Both the position numbers and the translations under genes were made by a program. From Azolla caroliniana (taxonomy: Eukaryota > Plantae > Polypodiophyta), in assembly GCA_043228905.1 (NCBI GenBank), contig JBHGNT010000017.1, positions 3,224,001 to 3,288,000 of the forward strand: 64,000 nt of DNA, given 5' to 3'. The first letter of the stretch is position 1. The number at the start of each line of letters is the position of its first letter. Positions 1 to 11,540 of this stretch are shown piece after piece. The notes under the pieces were generated by a model that was not told where the DNA came from, made no database searches, and saw only the letters and a list, made by a program, of their open reading frames with translations.

Positions 1-355
1 TAATGATTCTTTAATTCATGAAATTTTTTATCGATGAAATGATTGCGTTGATCACTAATGAGCTCGATCAGACACCCGAACTTACACTAAATGCATTCAT
101 ATAGAAATTTTGCATTCAAGGTCATTGTATTATCTCGTAGGGCTTTCACCTCGACCCACTTGGTACAATAATCGGTAGTGATGATAACATAACGATTGCC
201 CAAAATAATCGGTAGGGCTTTCTTGTTGCAACATGTTTAAATGGGCTGATAAAATCGATACCCCATTTCTAGAAGGCTTCTAGTGGCAATATTGGTTGAT
301 GTGGCATTCGATCTTTTTCATGAGGTTGGCCAACCCGTTGACATAAGTCACATTA

Positions 356-780
356 TGTTAGGAACAATACTAAAACAAAGAAGGAATTAGTACTAAAAGA
401 AGTATTAGTACTAAGAGAGGTGAAGAACTCTCAAGAGAAGGAAAGAGTGAGTGAGAGGGAGGGAGGGAGAGAGAGAGAGAGTGATGATAAGAAAAGATAT
501 ATATTATGTGAAGAGAATGTACAGTAGTAGCTAGGAGGCTTAAGACTGGCGTTGAACTGATTTGGTTCGAAATAATGCCTTGTGCCTCCTTTTATAGTGT
601 TCTGAGGAATACTCCTGAAGTTTCTAGAATGTTCCAGAGAAATTTGGAATATACATCAATTTTCTATAATAAAATATAAATGAAAATAATATTCTACGTA
701 TTACAATGTATGGTCTAATGGTCAAGAGCTTGACCCATGTAGCATAAGGTCATGGGTTCGAGTCTTGCCATATCATGACA
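356..780 (-). mobile_element. Solo LTR of chromovirus family F
   Basis: Reverse complement of the LTRs at 45335-45771 and 59239-59685, with TG...CA ends. TSD catta/cattg. The host integrase frame resumes on both sides. Confidence 0.92.
705..776 (+). promoter_or_regulatory. tRNA-derived Pol III type-2 promoter-like module (A box 711-721, B box 755-765) inside the F-family LTR
   Basis: TGGTCTAATGG, a 33-nt spacer ending AAGGTCATG, then GGTTCGAGTCT. The spacing and the AAGGTCnnGGGTTCGA motif are tRNA-like. No complete cloverleaf. Confidence 0.65.
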
Positions 781-1317
781 CATTGTCGGTAATAATTTGT
801 AGCATCTTTCAGAGTCATAAGCCACCAAAGGCCACTATTCTATATTTTTTGAGCAGTTGTATCCCCTGCATAATGCCCTCTAACAATTCCACGATGAGCC
901 TCTCGTAATACTGCTTCTTTTTCAAATTGTTGAAGACATCGCCGCCAAATTCCATCTGCTCCTTTATGATACAATGTTTCTTTAATTAGGTAGAAATTCT
1001 GACTCCGAACAACCAATCGCTTTCTTTCGTCTAACGACATTCCTTCTAGAGGTAATCCCGTACTAAGGAAGGAAATCATATCCGTAAGCCATAAATCAGC
1101 GGATTACTCACCCAATTCTATCAAATTGATAGTGTTGACCTTAAAGTGTTGTGCGTCCGAAAAATTATTTCGAACTCCTTCACCTGGTTCCCTCAAGGCT
1201 AGTCAACTAAGATAGTCGGCTATTGCATGTTGTACCCCAGGTCAATGTATGATGTCGAACTCAAACTCTTGTAAAAGAAGTGTCCATCTTGCTAATTTTC
1301 TTGTTAAGGATTGCTTT

Positions 1318-1744
1318 TGTTGAGTGAGCAAGCTCAACCGGATCTGGATCGGCATCCAGAAGGATGAGTCGGATCGGTATCCGGAAACAACCGGCCAGAT
1401 CGGGGAGCCGGATTCGAGTGGGAACCGGAAGCCTAGTAGTAGCCTAGACTACTAGGTAATCATTGTCTCGTAGTTAGTGTCAGTCGCACGAGTGATCATT
1501 GAAGTACCTGTCAGTAGTTCTATCAGTCCTTTATGGACTTGTATAAATAGTGTTGTTTAGCACATTGTATGTACAAAGTTTTAGAGTTAATTTTTGAATA
1601 TAGTTTTATGTTCTGCTCTCTCTGTCTCCTCTGTCTCCTATGTCTCCTCTGTGCTTTAAGCTTTTCCATTAAACCTTCATCTCATTTCTGTTGCTATCCG
1701 GCTGAGCCGGTTCTGTCAGACGCTTCCGCACATTAACATTCACA
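1318..1744 (+). repeat. 5' LTR of Copia B
   Basis: TGTTGAG...TTCACA immediately followed by the Met PBS. Homologous to 7464-7586, 45934-46406 and 62254-62666. Confidence 0.92.
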
Positions 1745-1838
1745 TGGTATCAGAGCGCGAGGGTTGAGAACCTCTACAGCCGACATTTGCTTCTGTAGAC
1801 GAACCCTAGAACCTGGTAACAACAAATAGAGAGAAGAT

Positions 1839-4800
1839 ATGGACAGAGGAATGGCGAGTTCACTTCCAATAGAGAAGCTCTACCAGAGCAACTATGCGTC
1901 CTGGTCATATAAAATGCACCAATACCTATTGGGGCATGGATATTGGAGCTTCGTGGAAGGAACAAATGAAGTAGCACCAGAGCTGTCACACAAAGATTTC
2001 TCGGTATGGGAGCAAAGAGCGAGTCGGGTACTGTACTGTCTCGCGTCTGGTGTGCATGATCAAATGCTCAGCTACATCAAGGATGCAAAGACGTTGAAGG
2101 AGGCTTGGGAAAATCTACGGAAGATTTTCGTCGCAAGTACCACAACTCGTAAGTTGCAGCTCCGGCAAGAGCTGAACAACATTCGGCAAAGAGACATGTC
2201 GGTTACGGACTACACCACCAAGATAAATGAGATTTGCGACGCACTCGAGTCCATCAACGTGACAGTGGACGAAGACGAGATGGTACAAATCTGCGTCGGT
2301 GGTCTAGCGCAAAGGCACGGGCCAATCCGAACAACAATCTGCACCTGGGAGAAACCATCATCCTTCTTTGACTTGCAATCGATGCTGGTGGTTGAAGAAA
2401 ACCACGCGAGTGGGTCAAGGACCACTCAATCAGACGACCGGATGCTGTACACAGAGACAGATCGGCCCCATGGATGCGGTGGACGAGGTGGGTCGGCACG
2501 CAATGGAGGTGGCCGACAAGAGCAGGACCAGAGGCACAGAGGTTGTGCCGACAACAATTCCGGACCCTCCACAATCAGGGGGAGTCAAAGTGGCACCGGG
2601 AACCGGGAACCAGCAAGGAAAGGCTGACACAGAATGTTGGTACTGTGCCAAAAAGGGTCATAGGGAAAGCGAGTGCTGGAAGAAGTGCGCCGATTCGGAC
2701 AAATCCGGATCCGGCAAAATCGGTTGGGAGAACCGAGAAAACTCGCACTACGCGGAAGGATCAGAAGGATCCGGAACTGGGAAAACTAGTAAAGGGCCAG
2801 CCTTCGTGATGAAGCACAAGGCTAACTCAATGAAGAAGACTACTTTTGGATCGGAGGAAGTATGGTACGTTGATTCCGGAGCGTCCAACCACATGACGAG
2901 CCATGAAGAGTGGTTCTCTTTTTTGGAGAAAACGGAACAACCAGGGATTGTCGAAACCGGAGACGACACCCCTCATCCGATTGTGCATGTCGGAGAAGTC
3001 CCTTTAAGCCATGTCGGACAAAAGGGGAAGCTGATGAACGTACTACCTGTTTCGACTATCACAAAGAACCTGGTGTTAGTTGGGCAAATCGTTGACTAGG
3101 GGATGTAGGTGCCATTTACGCACCTAGGGTGCTGCATTGAGGAAGAGGGCCGGATAATTGCGCAAGGGTGTAGAGACGGGAGGATGTTCATCCTCAACAC
3201 TAATGATGTCAGCACCGCTATGTTTGTGAAAGGGCAGAAGGTTGAATCAGACATCAACCTGTGGCACAAGCGGATCGACCACGTCAATTATCGGAGGCTT
3301 CAAGACCTGCAATCGAAACAAGTCATTTTTGGTTTGCCGAAATTTAGCAGTCGGAAGGCCGAAATTTGTGAAGCTTGCCAACTCGGTAAGCAACACCGGC
3401 TTCCATTCCCCACCGATCAAAACCGGAGCCATAACAAGCTCGATTTAATCCATTCGGATGTATGGGGACCGACACAAAACGTTAATCTTGGCGGGAGTCG
3501 ATATTTCATCTCCTTCATTGACGACTACATCCGGCACACGTGAATCTACCTCATCGAGAGGAAGAGCGAAGTCTTCGAGTGTTTCCGGAACCTTCAAAGC
3601 TTGGTTGAACGGGAAACGGAGAGGAAGATTAAGTGCCTGCGGTCGGACGACGGGAAAGAATACTTTTTCGGCCAATTCAACAGTTATATGCAACAGAACG
3701 GAATTCGGAGAGAATTCAGCTGCAGGTACACACTGGAGCAAAATGGTGTGGCCGAAAGGAAGAACCAATCGATTGTCGACACGGCAAGGGCAATACTGGA
3801 GGAGAAGAGCATGCCCCATTTCTACTGGGCCAAGGCGGTTTGAACAACCGTCTACATCCAAAACCGATTTGGTGACAAGGTGTTAGCACATGAGTTGTAT
3901 TTCGAGCGAAAGCCAAATTTGAGACACCTTCGGATATTCGGTAGCATAACATATGTGCATGTACCAGATGAGAAGCGGAGGAAGTTGGATCCGAAGTCGG
4001 AGAAGTGCATTCTAGTTGGTTACTCACATGAGCAAAAGGGGTATAAGTGTTATAACCCTCGAACTAAGCAGGTATGAGTAAGCCGAGACGTCAAGTTTGA
4101 TGAGACGGCATCACCAACTCCAACTCCTGACGAAGACCCGATTCCGGAAGATGAGGCTAGTGAGCCCGAGGAGGTCGAGGTAGAAGATGAAGACTTCGGC
4201 ACTCTAGAAGAGAGTCCGATCTCATTCCGGCTAAGTGGACTGAATGAGCAGCTGAGTCGGGATGACCGGTCGGATGAGGAACCGACGAGTAGTGGAGACT
4301 CTACCGTGCTCTCCCTGCGCAAGGAACCGAGGAGACGATTCATGCGCAAAGAGAAGGGGAAGAAGAAGATGCCGGAATACGAAACCGGCAACGTTGAGTC
4401 GGATCGGAGTGAATCCGACTCCGGAAAGGATGAAGGTGGATCTTCGGGAACGAAGTCCGATCTGGCCAAGAAGGGCCCCAAACCGGGTAATACCAAGTTA
4501 CGCTGGTCTTCCCGCCTGAAGAACCCTGTTACGCGGTACGGGTACAATGAGTACATGGCGCATCATTATGCGTTCATGACTAAGGTGGCGGAAGTGTGTG
4601 AGCTGGAGAGCTACACAGAAGCGGCAAAGGACACAACTTCGCGTGCCACTATGGAGGAAGAAATGCGGGCACTAGATGCCAACGACACATGGGACCTCGT
4701 TGACCCTCCCTGACACTATAATCCGATCGATTGCAAATGGGTGTACAAGGTAAAGTACAATGTTAACGGTTCGGTTAACCGATACAAGGCCCGATTAGTG

Positions 4801-6855
4801 GCGAAGGGATATGCACAGACCCAGGGAATCGATTACAACGAGACCTTCGCCCCGGTAGCGAAGATGATGACGGTTCGTGTGGTACGGGCGGTTGCTGCGA
4901 CAAGGGGGTGGCATCTTCACCAGATGGACGTGAAGAATGCGTTTCTTCAAGGTGACCTTGAAGAACGAGTCTATATAATCCAAGATCCTGGTTTTCAGTC
5001 GGAGATGAACAAGTCGGCGGTGTGCCGGCTCAAGAAGTCACTTTACGGTCTGAAACAAACCTCTCGAGCTTGGAATGCAAAGATCACGCACCGATTGCGT
5101 AAGATGGGGTTTGTGACCTCTAAATCCGACTCGTCGTTGTTCATCCGGCAAGGTCTGGATGGTTCGGTTTGCATCCTACTTTATGTTGATGATTTAGTCA
5201 TCACCGGACCTGGACTCAATGAAATCGGTCGAGTAAAGTCCCAACTGTCAGACGCATTTGAAATGAAGGACTTGGGGGACCTTCATTATTTTCTTGGGAT
5301 CGAGGTGATCCGAATCCCCGACGGCATATTGCTCTCACAATGACACTATGTGTTGAATATGTTGTATAAGTTCGGTATGACGGAGTGCCGATCTGTCTCC
5401 ACACCCCTAGACCGGAACCAGAAGCTCTGTCCCAACTCTGGACCGGCCTGCGATGAGAAACGGTTCGGACAAATCGTCAGAAGCCTGATATACTTGACAA
5501 TCACTCGACCCGCCTCAGTTACCCGGTCGGAGCGATCAACCAGTTCATGCAGAAGCCAATTGTCGAGCACCTTCACTGCGCACACCAGATACTCTGGTCT
5601 GTGAGCGGCACGAAGGACTGGGGACTGTTATACCTGACGGGAACAACACGCTCCGTATACGCAACGCTCGGCCACAACCGAGCTTAGAATCATACACAGA
5701 AAACGAGAAATGAAACGCACGACACAAAGAAGAGAAGTGTACACAGGATGTTTACGTGGAAAACCCAAACTAAGGGAAAAACCACGACAGCCCACAGACT
5801 GCAAACTATCACTATGCTAGAATGTACAACAGTGAGTTCACGGAGGCAACAACCTCGTGCTCACGATCCTCACCACAGGCGGCGGTTACAACAGAGGCAA
5901 CGACCTCTTTCTCACTCTCTCTCTCTGTACACAGTTCCACGCTCTCTCTCTCTCCTTGCGCCAACAAGAAAATGACAACAACTAACTAAAAGTTTGCCCT
6001 AAGTCATATTTATACTAATATGACTTTTCGGCTATTTACAAATATAGCCATGATGGGCTCTCAAAAACATATTTACGAATATGTCTCTTCATCCGGTGAG
6101 CACTTCTCACCGGGTCTGCACCATCCAGCTCTTCGTAGCCGGGTACTCCTCATCCGGTCTTCACCGGGTCTGCACCATCCGGTTCTCCGTAGCCGCATAC
6201 TCCTCATCCGGTCTTCATCGGGTCTACACCATCCGGCTCTCCGTAGCCGGGTACTCCTCATCCGGCTCTCCGAAGCCGAGTTTGCTCATCAGCACTGTCC
6301 TTCTCCCTTCCCATCCGGAGGGATCTGTCTCCCAACAATACTGGCATGGTATATAACCAAAGAACTAGTTGGATATACAGATGCCGACTAGGCCGGTGAT
6401 GCATCAGATCGCCGATCCACCTCCGGTTACATGTTTTCTCTGGGTAGCGCGACTGTTGCGTGGAGTAGCAAAAAGCAGCCAACAGTGGCTTTGTAGAGCA
6501 TTGAGGCTGAATATTGGGGTGCTACCAATGTCACCTGTGAAGCCATCTTGCTTCGGCGACTGCTTGCAAGACTTGTGGTTTGAGGTCCCGACCCCGATCC
6601 TGATCTATTGTGACAACATGAACAACATTCAGCTCGCCAAGAACCACGTGTTCCATGCTCGGACGAAGCACATAGAAGTCCACTATCACTTTGTGCGTGA
6701 GCGACTGTTGAGCGGTGAAGTAGAACTTCGATATGTTCAGACAGATCGACAAATTGCCGATATCTTCACCAAACCGCTAAGATCGGACAAGTTGTAGCAC
6801 TTCACCGAAATGCTTGGTGTTCAGCATCTCGACGTGCCGCACTTGAGGGGGAGAA
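1839..6855 (+). pseudogene. gag-pol: Copia B gag-pol (frameshifts and stops)
   Basis: Gag, CCHC knuckle (CWYCAKKGHRESEC), protease WYVDSGASNHM, integrase HSDVWGP / LRSDDGKEY, RT YKARLVAKG / LYVDDL, RNase H HARTKHIEVHYHFVRE. Confidence 0.93.
5635..6337 (-). mobile_element. Solo LTR related to Copia I, with ~3 x 54-bp CCGG-rich U3 repeats (~6088-6270)
   Basis: Reverse complement begins TGTTGGGA..TCCCTCCGGATGGGA like 35235 and shares the palindromic TATA block. TSD atacc/atact. Interrupts B between RT and RNase H. Confidence 0.88.
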
Positions 6856-8185
6856 AAGGAAAGGGAACGGATGGCATCGGACAAGGAGCCGGAGAGGAAG
6901 AAAGAACCAACAAAGGGGGAGACAAGAGGAAAAAGGAAGTCGAGCCGACCGAAGGAGCAAACGGCACATCCGAAAAGGTCGGAACAAGCAGCAGCGGTGG
7001 TAGAGTCAAGAAGGACGGAGTCGACCGAAAGAAAACGGCCTAGACCCGAATGTGGTCCGGTGTGGTGAAGGGTCTGAAATCAGAAGACGAGTTGGAGAAC
7101 ACCAACTCGGACAAGAGCTGGAACAAATCAAAGGAAACCGATTCGGTTCAAGATTTGGAGAAGCGAGATCAACTAAAGGCCAAGCAGACACGGACGCAGC
7201 GGAAGTCGACGCCAACACGAAGGAACTGACAGGTCGACAAGCGTTGGAGTCGCAATAACGAGGGAGTTGAAATGGGCATGTTGAGCAGACAAGCCGATCG
7301 AGGAGGTCGAGGTGCGTAGAACCAGAAGGGTCAAGGCAAACAAGACCAGACTGGATGAGGAACGCGAGTGAGGCGGAGCAACGCCAGAAGGAGCTGAGTA
7401 GAAGAATCGGTTGCCGCAGACACTAACACCACAATCCGACCTCAAGTTGAGCTTGAGGGGGAGTGTTGAGTGAGCAAGCTCAACCGGATCCGGATCGGGG
7501 AGCCGGATTCGAGTGGGAACCGAAAGCCTAGTAGTAGCCTAGACTACTAGGTAATCATTGTCTTGTAGTTAGTGTCAATCGCACGATGTCGTGAAGAAAA
7601 CCGGCCATAGGCGGAATCGGAGAGAAAGCGCATAAACCGGCCCTTACACGGATGGACGCGTGGCTTGGTATTTTGTACACGAATCGGTGGAGATAAATAC
7701 TAAGTCGCACGCATTTATTAGGGGGGGGGATTGTGCGTATCCCTGTCAGAGGGACAGGGAATAAAGGGAAGAGGACAAGAGAAAAGATCGGGGGGCATTG
7801 GGGAAGAAGAGAGGCTGCTGCAGAACGAGGGCGGAGCTCTCTCTTCTCCTCCTCCGGTCGTCGGTCTCTGTGGGTGTCGGGAGTTCGCTACCTCTGCTTC
7901 GTTGACAGCCCGTGTGCTTCAAGCAGAGGCTCTCCCCCTTTTGGTTCCTGGAGTTGTGTGGCAGTCGTTTGTGTGTGTGAGTGGGACCCCGTGTCGGGCC
8001 CATTACCGGGTTGTCGGTTGTAACTGTTCGAATTGTAAGCTATTGATTTTAGTAATTGGATTCTTGTTTCTCGCTCTTAACTCTTCTCTGTGTATCTCTC
8101 TCTCTCTCCATCTCTCTCTCCTTGGTCCAAGACCCCCGTGGTCCCGCCTCTTTCTACACGCACGCGCGTAACAACGTGACATCTT

Positions 8186-8203
8186 TGGTGAACCCGACGT
8201 GAA
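8186..8203 (+). promoter_or_regulatory. Primer binding site complementary to the 3' 18 nt of plant tRNA-Trp
   Basis: TGGTGAACCCGACGTGAA, 4 nt after the LTR. Identical in D (25654-25671, -) and H (34530-34547, -). The tRNA identity rests on the recalled plant tRNA-Trp 3' end ...UUCACGUCGGGUUCACCA. Confidence 0.85.
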
Positions 8204-8225
8204 AGGGCGGCAAAGGAGTCGAAAG

Positions 8226-9365
8226 ATGAGGGGATCGGAGCTAGCAAAGGCAATGGCGGTGGCTGTCAACCGACTGGTGAGTGCTCGTGAGGGAACGGGT
8301 ACCCTCGACAGAGCCATTGAATCGATCGTCGACTCTATAGGCCGTTTCGGAGGGAAAGACGCCACAAGTTATTTGGAGGCTTACCGGGCCGAAATGATCA
8401 TGTGGGATATCCCGGTGGACATGCGGTTGTCCGGATTCCCTCAGGTGGTGACGTCGGGCATCCATGTGGAGGTGCTCGAGGTGCTGGCCGGATGCCAGAC
8501 ATGGGAGGAGTTCGAGCTGCAGCTCCTCGAGAAGTACGGGTTTGACGACTCGCTCCGGCTGTCGAGGCGAGACTTCATGGCGTGGGTGGAAAGCCCCGGA
8601 AAAGGGAGGAACACGTCGGTGCTCCTCCAGGAGTTCGAAAAACGGTTCGCGCGGCTGTCGACGCTGGACCGGACGGTGCTCGAAACAAGTCGAGTACTGC
8701 TGTTTGTCAAGTCGGTGGATGCGCTCGACAAGGAAAAGGTGGGTCCCCTATTGGAAACGGACGAAGGGCTCACGACGGACTGGGCCGTGGTAAAACGGGT
8801 CTGTAGCCGTTTCGACAAATGGCGCGATTGGAGCGACGGAAGCACGTCGGGGTCGGGGCCAGTCCCGGGGAGGAGGCTCGAGGAGCCGGTTTCGGTGCCG
8901 GCTGGGAGGAAGGAAGAGACCCGAATCTGGCCGGAGTCGGGGTCGGCATCGAACGACGTGGTCAGAGGCCCATCCGGAGGGGCGGCTCTGGAGGAGCTAA
9001 CACAGATGGTGCGCGACCTGCAGATCGCACAGGCCCGAAGGGACAGCGGTGAACAACCTCGCGACTGGAGGCCGCCGGCTGGGCAACGGTGCATGTGGTG
9101 TGACGCGATTGGTCACATTCAGAGGGATTGCGCGGATTTCTCCGACGCGCTTAGGACCAACGTGGTGTACCTCTGGAACGGGCGGGTGCACACGAGCGAG
9201 ACTCAGAGAGCCCTGGAACTGAATACGGGGCGCGACGGAATGAAGAGGTTGATGGAAGAGGCCGCGGCATGGCACGTCGAAGCCGTTAACTACTCAGTGT
9301 CGGCGGGAATTCGGGTCGGGGGTGATGAGACCCGGAAGGCGAAGGACTCCGGATTCTGGCGCTAG
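8226..9365 (+). pseudogene. gag: Gag of element C (CCHC knuckle CMWCDAIGHIQRDC), frameshifted at ~9360
   Basis: Colinear with D gag. The homologous sequence continues in another frame after FW. Confidence 0.85.
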
Positions 9366-10789
9366 TGCTAGAAGGCCTCTCCGGAGTTCGGCTGAGGAAG
9401 GAAGAGGCGGACCGCGCGGAACAACGGGTCCAGGAGGTCACCGGTTGGGACGATCCGGTCGAAGAGAAAACGGGCTTCGTAGAAGCCACTTGCCAAAACT
9501 ACGAGGTTCTGGAGGAGGACAAATTAGCAGGAAAGACCGGAGGGGTTGGTCCCGGGGAGGAGGCTCGAGGAGCCGGTTTCGGTGCCGGTTGGGAGGAAGG
9601 AAGAGACCCGAATCTGGCCGGAGTCGGGGTCGGCATCGAACGACGTGGTCAGAGGCCCATCCGGAGGAGCGACTCTGGAGGAGCTAACACAGATGGTGTG
9701 CGACCTGCAGATCGCACAGGCCCGAAGGGACAACGGTGAACAACCTCGCGACCGGAGGCCGCCGGCTGGGTAGCGGTGCATGTTGTGTGACGCGATCGGT
9801 CACATTCAGAGGGATTGCGCGGATTTCTCCGACGCGCTCAGGACCAACATGGTGTACCTCTGGAACGGGCGGGTGCACACGAGCGAGACTCGGAGAGCCC
9901 TGGAACTGAATACGGGGCGCGACGGAATGAAGAGGTTGATGGAAGAGGCCGTGGCATGGCACGTCGAAGCCGTTAACTACTCAGTGTCGGCGGGAATTCG
10001 GGTCTGGGGTGATGAGACCCGGAAGGCGAAGGACTCCGGATTCTGGCGCTAGTGCTAGAAGGCCTCTCCGGAGTTCGGCTGAGGAAGGAAGAGGCGGACC
10101 GCGCGGAACAACGGGTCCAGGAGGTCACCGGTTGGGACGATCCGGTCGAAGAGAAAACGGGCTTCGTAGAAGCCACTTGCCAAAACTACGAGGTTCTGGA
10201 GGAGGACAAATTAGCAGGAAAGACCGGAGGGGTTGGTCCCGGGGAGGAGGCTCGAGGAGCCGGTTTCGGTGCCGGTTGGGAGGAAGGAAGAGACCCGAAT
10301 CTGGCCGGAGTCGGGGTCGGCATCGAACGACGTGGTCAGAGGCCCATCCGGAGGAGCGACTCTGGAGGAGCTAACACAGATGGTGTGCGACCTGCAGATC
10401 GCACAGGCCCGAAGGGACAACGGTGAACAACCTCGCGACCGGAGGCCGCCGGCTGGGTAGCGGTGCATGTTGTGTGACGCGATCGGTCACATTCAGAGGG
10501 ATTGCGCGGATTTCTCCGACGCGCTCAGGACCAACGTGGTGTACCTCTGGAACGGGCGGGTGCACACGAGCGAGACTCGGAGAGCCCTGGAACTGAATAC
10601 GGGGCGCGACGGAATGAAGAGGTTGATGGAAGAGGCCGCGGCATGGCACGTCGAAGCCGTTAACTACTCAGTGTCGGTGGGAATTCGGGTCGGGGGTGAT
10701 GAGACCCGGAAGGCGAAGGACTCCGGATTCTGGCGCTAGTGCTAGAAGGCCTCTCCGGAGTTCGGCTGAGGAAGGAAGAGGCGGACTGC
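8862..10789 (+). repeat. Tandem triplication of a 687-bp gag segment (units start 8862, 9549, 10236; third unit split by D)
   Basis: ORF track repeats with period 687 (9365/10052/10739). Confidence 0.95.
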
Positions 10790-11540
10790 TGTCGAGATAT
10801 TACGCAAGTGCGTATAGAAACGAGGCGGGACCGCGGGGGTCTTGAACCGAAGAGCAAGCGAGGGTGGAGAAAGAGAGAGGACCGGTTACGCAGGACCGGG
10901 GATACACAGGGACACGGCCCTTCAACACAGAGAACGCGAATAGACGCCGACACAGGTAGACGCAAACAAATGAATATATATATATATATATGAGCAAATA
11001 TCTGATCAAGAAGCTACAACCCGCGATGGGGCACAGGATGGTTACAACCGAACAGGCCGGCGAACAGATGCCGATGCCTGTTCGCTGCGTCGCACAAAAG
11101 GGAGCAGGTCGGAGGTGCTGCCGGAAGCACTCGGGCGTTCCTCGCAACAGCGCGAGCCTCCTCGAAACCCTGCACAGGAAAAGCTATGGAGGAAAAAAAA
11201 GGAAGGAGAACAGAGAGCGAAGCGTCCAGAAACGGTCTGACAGCACTTCCTCCTCTCTGCGCGATCCCCGTTCTTCCCTGTCCTCCTCCTTTTTATCCGT
11301 CAAGAAGGAACCGTTCGGCATTAAATTCCTACCTACCGTATCTAACCACTTCGATCCTCCTAGGTACCTAATTCGCCTCTATGTACAACTTGGCGCGCAC
11401 GTGCGTGAAGAGCCGGTTCCCACGCCTTGGTGCCCCAATTCCACCCTTGGACGGTTTTCTTCACGACATCCGCCCCCACCTAACCGCGCATCCACCGGCA
11501 TGCGCCAAATTAAGTTGGGACAGAGAAAACCGGCCCGCCT

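Larger units (their letters stand above)
1..1317 (-). pseudogene. pol: Element A: decayed non-chromovirus Ty3/gypsy pol remnant (RNase H-integrase)
   Basis: Minus-strand translation gives the integrase zinc-finger (EAHRG...GHYAG...C..C), then W.IDFI and GNRYVIITTDYCTKWVE. It closely resembles the C-terminus of E pol. It contains stops and is interrupted by a solo LTR at 356-780 and cut by Copia B at 1318. Confidence 0.85.
1318..7586 (+). mobile_element. Element B: Ty1/copia retrotransposon (degenerate; 3' LTR truncated by insertion of C)
   Basis: 5' LTR 1318-1744, PBS TGGTATCAGAGC 1745-1756 (tRNA-iMet), domain order gag-PR-INT-RT-RH, PPT 7453-7463, 3' LTR start 7464-7586 matching the 5' LTR. 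Confidence 0.95.

Noticed and set aside
705-776. Functional tRNA gene
   Set aside because: A/B boxes are present, but acceptor, anticodon and T stems do not pair convincingly. Kept only as a tRNA-derived module.
6088-6270. CRISPR-like array (also 35297-35400 and 24400-24560)
   Set aside because: Head-to-tail tandem repeats without unique spacers, inside LTRs or gag. No cas genes; eukaryotic context.
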